Source: Trypanosoma brucei (Eukaryota). Taken from it: a stretch of DNA of 64,000 bases. The stretch spans positions 2,208,001 through 2,272,000 of the forward strand of contig CH464491.1 in NCBI GenBank assembly GCA_000002445.1. Direction: 5' to 3'. A program made the translations under genes and the position numbers. Positions 11,305 through 23,200 of this stretch are shown here, one piece after another. The notes under the pieces were generated by a model. The model saw only the letters and a list, made by a program, of their open reading frames with translations. It made no database searches and was not told where the DNA came from. Position 1 is the first letter of the stretch. Every line of letters starts with the position of its first letter.

Positions 11305-12676
11305 AATGGGTATCGTTATGAGCACGGCATGATTTGTTTCGACTTTGTTGTACATGCACTTGGATATCCACGTGAATATGTATGTTCGTAATGGAGACAA
11401 GCAGAGGAGAATCAGGCAACGGCGGGAAGAAGGTGTTGTATTATTGCTGCGACTCGGGAAACGAGGTAAGAAGGGGCTGGAGGTGAAGGCGAGGTGAAGA
11501 GGGAAAGTGATGGAGGAGTTAGCGTGGAAGCTGGAATTGTCGCGCCATGTGGTGCATTAGAGTGAAGGAGGGTGGCCGCTTGTAAGGGACTGGAGAGATA
11601 CGGAACATGAACACTGTGAGTAGAATAGAGATATTGTGGGAATCATGAATGAGGAGTGTGCATACGAGTTGGCGTGTGTGATTAGGGGTTTGTCCTTATT
11701 ATAAAGAGGAGGGGCCGGTGCTGCAATCACCATTCAGGGATCTTCTTGCATCCTACTGAAAATACAGAGCGGATTTGTTAACGAAGTTTTGCGTTCAAGC
11801 CATTTAAGTTAGATCCCTCACCGTACGCCCTGTAGTCATAGGGAAAGTCGAGCAGATTGCAGCGGAAGATGTTTTATTGAGCACATTCCTTCGTTTGCTT
11901 TCACTCAAGCACTGATGGCTGTGGGAGCGAGGGGGATTAAGAACATGCCGCACGCGGGGGGGGGGACTGTTTTTTTTTTTTCACACCAAATGTCGGTCAC
12001 GTTCCGAAACGGATGGACCACCTTTCAGTTTTGTGTTTGGTTTTGGCACACCGGGCGTTGGTTTGGATCTGCATTATGGTAATGTACTGAGTGCTACCAA
12101 ATGCGCCTTGTGTCCTGCTGTCTTCTCATTTATGTCGTTTGCTGCTTCGTTTAAGTTTTTTTTTGTTAACGAATGCATACTTGCGAGCCCGCCTCCCTTT
12201 TGTACAAGCATGTCCTTCGACCCCAGCTTGACGCGGTACTAATAGGCTTTCCTTATCTGACTCTTTCTGTCCTATTGAGACATTTTCAGTCGTCCTGCTT
12301 CAAATGTGACGTGCCCGTACGTTACTCGTAGATATGACCCCCTTCCCCTTTTCATATTGCCAACTTAAAAGTTTTCGGGATAGAAAGAGACTGTGGAGAA
12401 TGGTACTGTTGCGGGATGGGGTCAGTTCTTCTGTACGTGGGGCCTTCACATCAACTGTGTAGTTTCAATGCACACGACTGCTGTTGCAAAACTTGGACCA
12501 GAATTGCCACTGTTATCTTTGTTGCTTTATCACGGTTTCTGTCTCACTATTTCCACTTCTCTTTCGCTCCCCCTCTTCTCGTTTTTTAGTCGGTTGTGTT
12601 GTCTTTCTCAGCTTCAGGGGGAGAAAGGAGAACGGTAGCATCAACCGCCACCTTGGGTGTGCGGACCTTTTCAGTT

Positions 12677-15600
12677 ATGAACAATTATCATATTTACGAC
12701 GAAATTGGAAAGGGCCGCCACAGTCGTGTCTATAAGGGGCGACAGAGAAAGTCGATAGAGTACTATGCGATATCGTCCATAGAGAAATCGCAGCGGCAGC
12801 ATGTGCTCACAAACGTAAAATTCCTTCGGTCCTCAAATCACCCCCGTATCATCAAGTTTCACAACTGGTACGAAACAAACAATCACCTGTGGGTTATTAC
12901 CGAACTTTGCACAGGGGGAGACATGCGGCAGGTGTTACATCCAGAAAGTCGCCTGTCAGAGGCAGCTGTCCGCTTGTATGGTGGGGACATTGCGGAGGGT
13001 CTCATGTACATCCACTCACGTGGAGTTGTGTACCGTGATTTAAAGCCGTCTAATGTCCTTATGGACTCCACCATGGCAATGCGGTTCTATGATTTCGGAC
13101 TTTCGTGTAACTTTCCCGTAAACTGTGGAGGTGGCACGATAGGGACTGCGATGTACATGGCCCCGGAACTCTTCATGAAGGAGGGCGTGCCGTCCATTGC
13201 ATCCGACTTGTGGTCTTTTGGATGCGTGCTGCTGGAGATGAGAACTGGAAAACCCCCGTTTGATGCCGATAACTTGGAAGAACTAATTACACAAATTCTC
13301 ACGGAACCATATCATCCCCACGAGGAGCTTTCTGATGAGCTGAATGAGCTACTCGGGAAGTTGCTAGTGAAGAACCCTCTAGAACGGGCAACGTGGGAAG
13401 ATGTTGTATTGAGCCCTTTTTGGCAGGGTCGACTGCATATGCCTGCCGCCCCTCACCCACCCCAACCTGCTTTTGAGAGTTTAAAACAGAAACGGCTCGC
13501 TTCTGATGGGGGAAAGGGTGACTTTGTGATGACACTAGAGGAAGCCAAGAAGGCGGTAGAATGGACTGTAGAGGTTGCGAAGCGCAACTTTATTCTCACG
13601 CAACCCGACTCTGATGGATCCGCGCTGATATGTCTGGGTGTGTACGATCGCATTGACACAAGAGACCTCACTGGAGAAGGTGAGGGTGTTCGCGACCCTA
13701 CGTCAGGTTCACTGATAGGGGATGGAAATTCGTGTGCCTCCCCCTCGTCTTGTGTAGCCCGGGTGGGCTGTGACAGCAACGCGGGGCGGCAAGGTGACGG
13801 CGCAGCACAACGGGAAGGCGATCACAACAGGGAGATGGTGAGCGATATTGGTACAGCCGTTGGTGGTAACGCCGCAAAAAATAGCAACGTGAAACAGTTG
13901 GTAGGCGGAGGTAAATTCAGTACTGCTCTTATCGATAGCCTGTTGAGCCATGTATCAGACGCGCACGTTAGGCCGCTGGTTATGAATAATCACATCGAGC
14001 GGTTTGTTGAACAAAAGTATGATGCCAAAGCTCTAGGCTTCGAGCCGCTGACGAAGAGTCAGTTGAAAGCTTACGATGAAGAACAAAAGGCTCGCTTTGT
14101 GACGAAAGTGTACCAGAGACTATCGTCATCCTCTTTGTCTTGCGAAGACAAGCTGAATGTACTCTGTTACTTTGAATCTATATGCTCGGAAAGTTCTACC
14201 GCCAATTTTGTTGTGAGCAGCTCGATCATGACGTTGTGTCTCAATATGGCCGGCCATCGCAAAGCTTCTTCTAGCTTCCGTGCCACGGCAGCGTCCATCA
14301 TGGGCATTCTTGTCCGGCATGCCACATTTATACACCCGGATCTCGCCAAGGTTAATATCCTTGCTTCAATAGTGAAAATGTACGCTGAGGAGGAGAGTTC
14401 TCGAGTACGGCGTAAGTTGGTTGCATGCTACGGCGAGTTTCTCATCTATATAGCAGTGCAGCAAGAGCGGGAGCGTGCCGTGTGGGGCGTTGACGTTCCC
14501 GCCACCTTCAATCTATACAGGAGCCTTTTGAACGACCCGGACGATGTGCAGAAGCACTACGCCATCAAAACCATCGAAAATCTGGCATCGGTGGGTAACC
14601 GCCAAATCGCACTTGACGCCTTCGTGAATGCGGAAACGATTTCCCTGTTGCTCTCTATACACGCGTTACCTCCAACGCCAACTTGTGGTGAATATATGCG
14701 AGCTGCCGCAGCGTGCACGGCTCTGAAACTTGCGATGCTCCGGGAGGAACTCATACCTGCTGTGCTGGAGTCCCCATACCTAAAGCTTGAAGCGTATGGT
14801 GGTGTACTTGCTGCACCTAGTCCAAAATTGGCACAAGCGTTGTTGACGTTTGTAAACATGACGTTAGTTAAGGGGATGGTGGGGTTACGGCACGCAAACA
14901 TTACAAAGCTTGGGAAACCAGATGCAACAAGCCCTTTCGCCTCTTCGCGGCTTACGGGAGACAAGGCGAAGGGGGTGCTGACCGCACTTAGTGGGGTCGC
15001 TGAGGCAGTTGTGCGCGGGCTTCGTAACGGCAGTGAACACGCTACAACAGCGATGAAGGGAAAAACGTTGGTGTTGTTTATTCTCTTAGGATGCATGGAC
15101 GAGCAGCTACTGGTAAGGTTCTTCACTTCATCCCGGTGTGTTGCGTACGCCGATGGTATAGCGAAGGACAAGGACAGCTACGTGCAACGTTGCACACAGG
15201 GCTTTGCTGTGTACCTGAGTTATTTCTTCGGTTCACAGTTGGAAGGATTGACTCACGGGGCACCGTCCTTCATGATGAACAACGTCCCCAGTGCTCTGTG
15301 TAACCTATTAGGTACTAGGCACTTGTCCTCTATGTTGCAGCTAAATGATAAAGTCTTTTCCAGTATTGGGAAGTGTCTTGTGATGGTGTCCTCGTCGTCA
15401 CGCTATGCTGCTGCTGGAACGAATCTCCATGAATTGGTAGAGCTACTAGCGCAGAATCGCGAGTTAGTGTTGCGCCACCGTCTTGTTATTTCGAGTGATA
15501 TTTTTCCACCATATTTGAGCATGCTGGCCGAATCTGAGAGTGAGCGCCGTTTCCTATCGTTGCGAATCCTTAGAGCGTTGATTGTCCCTTTTGGCTCAGA

Positions 15601-16438
15601 GTCATCTCGTCAGAATGAGGAAGCACAGAAAGAGGGTGCGATGTTGGACCGTGTGATGCAGGTGGTAGCTGGTATGCTGGGTGATTTGCTGAAGGAGGTT
15701 GAGCCCATCCCTGTTCATGGTATCGGATTGTTGGCAACGTGCGGCGAGAGGCGACCCAAGACGCTTGCCAACCTTGCGACTGTGGAGCTCATAGGCGAAC
15801 TGGTTCGGTACATGATGCGATCGAGGCAGAGCGGTGTTTCCAGTCCACTACAACTGGTCATGCTAGCACTACAGACGGAGCGCGGTGGCGTTCTGATGGA
15901 TTACCTTGCAGAGCAGAACTTTCCTGTGGAGGTGCTGCTGAACATTTTGGTGATGGCTGTGGAGAAGGAGGTGGATAATCTGCTGGAACCGTGCTGTGAA
16001 CTCTTTGAACATTTCCTAAAGCAGGCGGTAGCTAATCCCAACGCTGCTGCATTACGCCAGTCAGTTATGTCCGTCGCACCACGGGCCCTGGAGACGCTGT
16101 GGCTCCCTCTGTGCACTTCTCCTGTTGGTACCACTGCAAAGAGTGCCGCGGCGTGTGTGTTGTATTTTACGCAGCTTTCTCCAGAAGTGGGGCAGGAATT
16201 GCTCTCTGATGGTAACGTCCAATACATACGTGAGGTTTTGGACAAGTGTCGAAGTCCTGGAGCGGTTGTGTGTGTTATACGTACCCTACGTCTCATTCTT
16301 GAACGAGGTACGAAGCACGACGCGCAAAAGCTCATGCCCTGGCTGCTTGGCTCACTGGAGGCTGCTGAGCAAGACCAAAAATGCGGTGGCATTGTTGCTT
16401 TGGAAATTAGGGGTATTAAAGAACTTTTACGTCCCTAG
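12677..16438 (+). CDS. ULK4: ULK4 ortholog: N-terminal (pseudo)kinase domain plus a long HEAT/ARM-repeat C-terminus
   Basis: The N-terminus YDEIGKGRHSRVYKGRQRKSIEYYAISSI...IIKFHNWYETNNHLWVITELCTGGDM is co-linear with human ULK4 [27 protein letters not shown]...[26 protein letters not shown]. About 1000 aa of helical repeats follow (LNVLCYFESICSE matches ULK4 LNLLCYLCVVAGH). I chose the ATG at 12677 (MNNYHIY) as the likely start; the listed ORF extends upstream to 12596, and total length is similar to human ULK4 (1275 aa). Confidence 0.88.
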   Translation: MNNYHIYDEIGKGRHSRVYKGRQRKSIEYYAISSIEKSQRQHVLTNVKFLRSSNHPRIIKFHNWYETNNHLWVITELCTGGDMRQVLHPESRLSEAAVRLYGGDIAEGLMYIHSRGVVYRDLKPSNVLMDSTMAMRFYDFGLSCNFPVNCGGGTIGTAMYMAPELFMKEGVPSIASDLWSFGCVLLEMRTGKPPFDADNLEELITQILTEPYHPHEELSDELNELLGKLLVKNPLERATWEDVVLSPFWQGRLHMPAAPHPPQPAFESLKQKRLASDGGKGDFVMTLEEAKKAVEWTVEVAKRNFILTQPDSDGSALICLGVYDRIDTRDLTGEGEGVRDPTSGSLIGDGNSCASPSSCVARVGCDSNAGRQGDGAAQREGDHNREMVSDIGTAVGGNAAKNSNVKQLVGGGKFSTALIDSLLSHVSDAHVRPLVMNNHIERFVEQKYDAKALGFEPLTKSQLKAYDEEQKARFVTKVYQRLSSSSLSCEDKLNVLCYFESICSESSTANFVVSSSIMTLCLNMAGHRKASSSFRATAASIMGILVRHATFIHPDLAKVNILASIVKMYAEEESSRVRRKLVACYGEFLIYIAVQQERERAVWGVDVPATFNLYRSLLNDPDDVQKHYAIKTIENLASVGNRQIALDAFVNAETISLLLSIHALPPTPTCGEYMRAAAACTALKLAMLREELIPAVLESPYLKLEAYGGVLAAPSPKLAQALLTFVNMTLVKGMVGLRHANITKLGKPDATSPFASSRLTGDKAKGVLTALSGVAEAVVRGLRNGSEHATTAMKGKTLVLFILLGCMDEQLLVRFFTSSRCVAYADGIAKDKDSYVQRCTQGFAVYLSYFFGSQLEGLTHGAPSFMMNNVPSALCNLLGTRHLSSMLQLNDKVFSSIGKCLVMVSSSSRYAAAGTNLHELVELLAQNRELVLRHRLVISSDIFPPYLSMLAESESERRFLSLRILRALIVPFGSESSRQNEEAQKEGAMLDRVMQVVAGMLGDLLKEVEPIPVHGIGLLATCGERRPKTLANLATVELIGELVRYMMRSRQSGVSSPLQLVMLALQTERGGVLMDYLAEQNFPVEVLLNILVMAVEKEVDNLLEPCCELFEHFLKQAVANPNAAALRQSVMSVAPRALETLWLPLCTSPVGTTAKSAAACVLYFTQLSPEVGQELLSDGNVQYIREVLDKCRSPGAVVCVIRTLRLILERGTKHDAQKLMPWLLGSLEAAEQDQKCGGIVALEIRGIKELLRP

Positions 16439-17059
16439 ACGCGTTACACGTGTTGCTGGGTGCGAGAGGATGATTGGTAGTGGGGGCGAGTGTATCTGGC
16501 AGCACATAGTGCAGTATTACCTCACTCTCTTTCCGGAGTTGCTTACTCTGGAATACATACGCGGGCCCTGGTAGGGTGTAATTTTTTTCGTAGCCCTTCG
16601 CAATACATTTTACTGTTTTCCTACCTACCGAGGAACATGGTTTGGAGAGAGACTGGTTCCTTTGATCATCTGCACGGAGGGAGGGGGTGAGTAGAAGCTA
16701 GTGTGCTTCTCATCTGGAAAAGTTTGGGTGCGTACGTCGCTGGCTACCTAAGCCTAGCGGATGCCAAAAGATAAAGAGCCCCACAATAGGGTGCCTCATT
16801 CATTGGGTTGTGGTTCCTTCTGCACACAGCCGTGAAACTGATTTTTTCTTTTCCACAGGACTCTCTCCGTTTTTCTTTTCCTATTGACAGTACACTTTGC
16901 GTTAGTGCGTCTTCTCACGTGCTTTCCCCCCGTTCCCTTTGTCTACCCACCAGCACTCTCTTCCCCTCACTAATGTTTGTGATATGTGTTTGTTTATCTT
17001 AAACACAGCGTTTCTCGTCGCCGTCGTTGTTACTGAACCTGTTGTTTCTCTGTAGTGGT

Positions 17060-17108
17060 TCTCTTTTCCCGTTTTTTCTTTACTTCTTCTGTTATCTTTT
17101 GGGTGCAG
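17060..17108 (+). promoter_or_regulatory. Polypyrimidine tract with AG, candidate spliced-leader acceptor for the dynein heavy chain gene
   Basis: The run tctcttttcccgttttttctttacttcttctgttatcttttgggtgcag lies about 90 nt upstream of the ATG at 17201. Confidence 0.4.
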
Positions 17109-17200
17109 AACCACCTTTATTGTGGGACCGTTATACTTAGAGGGGGACATTTGTACCCAAGCACTGACACACGCAAAGCTTCCCATCGGTTAACTTTAGC

Positions 17201-20200
17201 TTGCCGATGCTTCAACACTTTCTCCGTCCTGAGGTGTTGGGAACCACCGGGAAGGACGAAGAAAATGGAACGAAGGACCACCAACCCGGCCAGCAAAGGC
17301 CGACGACTTCCAGGCTTGACTCACAGTCGCTAACAGCCACCGACACTGTAAGTGAGAGACCCAAGACAGCGGAACCACTGGACCTTGTTTCAATTAGTGC
17401 CACCTACAAGGAGACGGCTGTTCTCTTTCCTGATGCCCACCAGGCGGCATTCGAACCAAAGGTGCAAGTGCCTTTTGAGTTCCAGCGGGGGCGTATCCCA
17501 CGTGAGATTGAAATAGAGCGCCGCCGCCGACTATACGAATCGAAAGATGTAAGCCGCCTTGTTCAGGTTGCAGGGTTAACGCTGAAACTTTTAGCCCACA
17601 AAAGTAGCCAGGAGCTACCCCTGCAGGTATTCGACGATACGTCGTACGATAGTAGAATCCCAGCCGAGTGGATGGAAATTGCAGCGCAGAATGAGAACCC
17701 CGCTGGTCGCTACCTTCCCGCCGAAGGAATATACGAATTCATGAACTCCGATTTCCGCATGCGGCCCTGCCGTGTTATCGGTTGGGACGTTGCCAGGAAT
17801 GAGGTGAAGTTACTCTGGGGCGCCAAACCTGTACCGGACGAAACGCCCGTTGTTGTGCCACGTTTCCACGTGCGCCTACTGGCGGAGGACCCCGTTGTGT
17901 ATGTGGAACGCCTCGTGAATGCCCAAAAGCAGCGTGTGAAGGCTATGGCTTGGATTCGCTACCGTTTGTGCTGTGACGCGATGCCTACGGATGGTCTACC
18001 CGGGCTAGATTCCAATCTCAGTGATCGGCTTCTACGTCTTGGCACTGGAATTCCAAACTTAAACAAAGCTGTTTTCCCTGATGTCGATGAGCGTGCCCAG
18101 CGCCTCATAGCCGAGTTAACACTGGAATGGCAGCGCAGTCACAATCGTATCCTCCTACAGGATCTGATGCAGCGTGACGAGTCAACATTGCGTATGGTGG
18201 CTAATACAACACAAATGAGCCTGCAGGAGTTGGTGCGAGGACCAAATGTAGAGATCCGACGGACTATCAAGTCAGACCCAAGTTCTGTAATCCCCATTGG
18301 TGACTTTGACTTCGCAGAAAGAGAAAGGTCCTTTACTTTTTCAACCTATTACACTCAACCAGAAGTGGTGACAGCGCTGACCGGGGTCCGAAGCGAGTGT
18401 ATGAAGGTTTTGGAGGGGAGTTTGTTTAACCTTCCGAAGGCCCGCCAGATGCAGCTGTCAGAGTTTCAAAAGCTGCAGAGGGACCACATGGCAGCAGTTG
18501 AAAAATATCTTAAAGGAGAATGGACGGAAAACATATGTAACGTGATTAGGAACAGCTTTGTTTCCGCGGGAAAGGGGTGGCTGAACGTGCACGAGTCAAA
18601 GCAGGAAATATATGAGATATCGAAGTTGAAGAAGTTTTTTACGACTGTGAAGTTCATGATGGAAGACACGTTGTTTGACCTCGTTTACACTTCGTTGCAG
18701 GATTTTACTGTCTTTTTTGAGGAGGTATCAGAGTTTACAGTTAATGTGATAGACATGAACAACGTGGAGAACAAGTGGCCTGGAAGTGATGCCGATGACT
18801 GTGTGGAGAAGCAACCGCTGTTTACCATTAGGCTTGCCGAACAGGACGGGTCGTTTACCTACAGCATTTCCTTCAAGGACTTTGAGGAAGCAATCATTGA
18901 CCTCTTTTTTAGTGCCATTCAGTGTACAGATGCCATTCCACAGGTGGAAAAGTTTGTGATGTCGCAGTATTTCTGGCGACGTGAAGGTGAAGGGCCGTTT
19001 TTAGACTCCGTGAAACAACAGGAAGAGCGAGTTTGTTTGTTACGAGACCGCGTGCGCCATGCGCTGCAGAATTCGATGAAACCACTGAGGGACTACCTGC
19101 AGACTTATGATGATCTGCTACCATTGGTTCGTCTCGATAAAAAGGTGTTCATCACAGAGTATGCTGCGCAGGAGCACACCATGGAGGAGATGAAGGAGGA
19201 GATTCGCGCCCATTTGAAGGCGAAGAAAGTAGTGGCACAGAAGCTCCCTGCCTTTATTACAGTGGGCAATTATGTTGTGGACTGCCAGTCATTCGGCCAG
19301 ATTATGGCTAGCAAGGAGCATGAACTCGCGAAGCTTGTGATGAATCTCATATGTAAGATTGCCAAGACCAAGACATCGTACATCCGCGAGGAGTTCACCA
19401 AAATTGTGCGAGTAGTGGAGAAACAACCCCAGACCCCTGAGAAGCTGTACGAGCTGAAAGCTATAATTGTCAACACACCTGAGCGCATCTCCGAACTCTC
19501 TGCTGAAATCGAGGAGATGCGGCAGTACTATAATGTGCTTGATGGTTTTCAGTATGAGCTTAGTGACGAGGAATCGCGGCAGAAGTGGGAGGCCATCAGT
19601 TGGCCACGACAGCTGACACTGCGCATACAAGAAACCAACAAGCAGCTAGAGAAAGTGGAGGAAGAACTCCATGCCCGTCTCCAGAAAGAAGCCGAAGAGT
19701 TCAGCAAGAAGGTGGATGCTCTGCAACGTGTTGTGGCGACATTCTCCAAGTATACCGACGCTACAGAGGCAGAGAAGGTTGCGGCAGAGGTGAAGGTGAA
19801 CAGTATTGAGATCCGTAAGTGCATTGAACAGGCCCGCTCGATTAACAGTGATCAGCGCCTCTTTGGCGATAAGCTCACGGACTACCGTAGTGTGTTTGAG
19901 CTAGAAAAGGAGTTTAAGCCGTACAGTGATTTGTGGCTAACCACTTACCAATGGCAAGACTGTTATCGCCGCTGGCACGCTGACCCATTTGATTCTCTGG
20001 ACCATGAAGAAATTGATACAGTGGTGACAAACGCCTTTAAGACGATGACACAATTGTCCAAGACGTTCAAGGATAAGAATGCAACGCTAAAGATCGTGTC
20101 GGAGATTCGGGGTAAGGTGGAAGCGTTTAAAAAATGGGTCCCGATTGTAACCTCTCTGCGCCAACCTGGCATGAAGGAGCGCCACTGGAAGGGCCTTTCA

Positions 20201-23200
20201 GAAAAACTAAACTTGCCTCTCGTCCCAGGTGAAACGATTTTGCTCATGGAGGACCTTGAGCCTCTGCTTGGTTTTAAGGACGTTATTGTTCCTCATTGCG
20301 AGGTGGCGGCGAAGGAAGCACAAATTGAGAAGGCGCTTAAGGACATGCGGGCCAAATGGGAGAGCAGGGTATTTATAATTGAACCGTACAAGGAAAGCAA
20401 TACTTACATAATCAAAGATTCGTCTGAGATTGTTGAGTTGCTGGATGAGCACCTCAACTTGACACAGCAACTGCAGTTTTCTCCCTTCAAGGCATACTAT
20501 GCAGAGGCCATCACCGATTGGGAGCGCTCACTCAACCTTATTTCCGATATCATTGAGCAGTGGTTGGAGTGTCAGAGAGCTTGGCGTTACCTTGAGCCGA
20601 TCTTCAATGCCAAGGATATTGCACTTCAATTACCCCGTCTTACAAAGCTGTTCGATCGCGTTGACAAGACATGGCGTCGCGTCATGGGAACTGTCCATCA
20701 TCAACCCAACGTTCTGGATTTCTGTATCGGAACAAGCAAGTTACTGGAAAGTTTGCGAGAGTCTAATCGCATTCTTGAGGAGGTGCAGCGTGGGCTCAAC
20801 GATTACCTCGCAGAGAAGCGCCAGTCGTTCCCCCGCTTTTACTTCCTTTCGGATGAAGAACTGCTGGAGATCCTTTCGCAGTCCAAAGAGGTTCGACGCA
20901 TTGACGCTCACATTAGTAAACTATTTGAGTTCATACAGCGCCTCTCGTGGACGGAAAACAACGAGATCAATGGGTTTTTCAGTGGTGAAGGAGAGCATGT
21001 ACCAAGCGTTAACGTGGTGTACCCCGAGGGTAACGTGGAGATGTGGCTAGGTTCGGTTGAAACTATGATGAAGGAAGCTGTGGCTGAGCAACTACGTCAA
21101 TCCTTCTATGCGTATAGCAATACCCCGCGTGCAAAGTGGGTTCTTGAATGGGCGGCTCAGTGCGTCATCGCCGTGTCACAAATCTTCTGGACGAATGGTT
21201 GTGAGGAGGGCTTGGTGGCTGAGAAAAGTGTGGAAAACTATTTTCGGGTGCTTGAACATCAACTATTTGAGCTAGTTGATGTTGTACAATCACCCCTCAA
21301 TGCGCGGGAGCGCATCAACATGGGTGCCCTCATCACCGTTGAGGTTCATGCAAAAGACACAGTTGAGGCCATGACGCGGCACAAGGTTGACTCGATACAG
21401 TCCTTCGAGTGGATCAAACAGTTACGCTTTTATTTTGACACTGACGATCGGATGTGCCACATCAAACAGGTAGACGCCCACTTTGTGTATGGCGGTGAGT
21501 ACCTTGGCAACACTGGACGGTTGGTTGTAACCCCACTCACTGACCGTATCTACCTAACACTTACAGGAGCCTTGGCTCTGTGCCTTGGCGGTGCACCTGC
21601 AGGACCTGCGGGTACAGGTAAAACAGAAACGACCAAGGACTTAGCCAAGGCACTTGCTAAACAATGTGTTGTGTTCAACTGTCAAGAAGGTATGACCTGT
21701 CTGTCTATGGCCAAATTCTTCAAGGGACTTGCGTGGGCCGGTGCTTGGGCGTGCTTTGATGAGTTTAACCGTATTGACGTTGAGGTGCTTTCCGTTGTGG
21801 CCCAGCAGGTGACGGACCTGCAGCAGGCCTGCGTGACGAAACAGTACCGCATCGTCTTTGAGGGGAGTGAAGTAGTTGTTGACCCCACTCACGCAGTGTT
21901 CATCACCATGAACCCCGGTTACGCTGGCCGTACCGAGCTCCCAGATAACTTGAAGGTGCTATTCCGTCCCGTTGCTTGCATGGTTCCCGACTACGCCATG
22001 ATTGGTGAGATAAGGCTCTTTTCGTATGGGTACAAGAAGGCTCGTAGTTTGGCGCAGAAAATGGTTATGACATTCAAACTGAGTTCTGAGCAGCTGTCGT
22101 CTCAGGATCACTATGACTTTGGTATGCGTGCGGTGAACACTGTCATTTCGGCTGCAGGTCTAAACAAGCGGGAGAATCCCAACGAAGATGAAGATTTGTT
22201 ATTGCTTCGTGCACTGCGTGATTCCAATGCGCCCAAATTCCTCAGAGATGACATTATATTGTTTGAGGGTATTATCAGTGATCTGTTCCCAGGCACGAAG
22301 CTCTCCCCCACTGAGTACGGCGTCGTTGTTGACTCCCTTCGTCAGGTTGTTACAAGCAGTCAACTTCAACCGGTCCCAGGCTTCATAGAGAAATGCCTGC
22401 AGTTATACGATGTCACAACCCTTCGGCATGGTCTGATGCTTGTGGGCCCTGCAGGTAGTGGCAAAACCATGGCGTACACCTCGTTGCAAAAAGCTCTTTC
22501 AGGGTGCTCTGTAATGCAGAGTAAGGGGCAGGATGTAGGTGCTCGTGATTACATGAAGGTGTTCACGCACATTTGCAATCCAAAGGCTGTCACTATGGAT
22601 CAGCTATACGGTGCCTACGACGAAAATGGTGAATGGAAAGACGGTGTGCTCTGTGTTCTCTTCCGTCGGGCAGCCAAGTACGGTGATGAAGGTAATCAAA
22701 TAGGGAAACACTGGGTTATGTTTGACGGTCCTGTGGATGCTCTGTGGATTGAGTCCATGAATACTGTCCTGGATGAGAACAAGAAACTTTGTTTGGTATC
22801 GGGTGAGATCATTCAAATGAGTCGCGACATGACGATGATGTTTGAGGTGGAGGATCTTGCCGTTGCGTCGCCTGCCACGGTTTCTCGTTGTGGTATGATT
22901 TACATGGAGCCAACAGCCTGCGTACCAACTCAAGCTCTCACGAAGTCGTGGAAGGAGAGACTCCCCAAATATGTGGCTCCGCAAGCGGATTACCTCGAGC
23001 AACTTGTCGAATTGTACGTTGATGAGCTCATCGAGTATGTGCGTGCCAACCTTAGGGAGTACGTTCCGTCGACAAATGTTATTCTTGTGCATTCATTCTT
23101 TCGTATGATGGATGGCTATATAGAGTCATTTGGCGGTTTACCGGGGCAGCGCGGGCCACCAACCCTCAGTCCGGAGCGACTGGAGATTATGGCAAAGTGC

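Noticed and set aside
12393-12735. Two short + strand ORFs (81 aa and 83 aa) just upstream of, and overlapping, the ULK4 start.
   Set aside because: They lie in the CT-rich candidate spliced-leader acceptor region (tttctgtctcactatttccacttctctttcgctccccctcttctcgtttttt). Their translations are L/S/F low complexity. ULK4 homology begins at the ATG at 12677.
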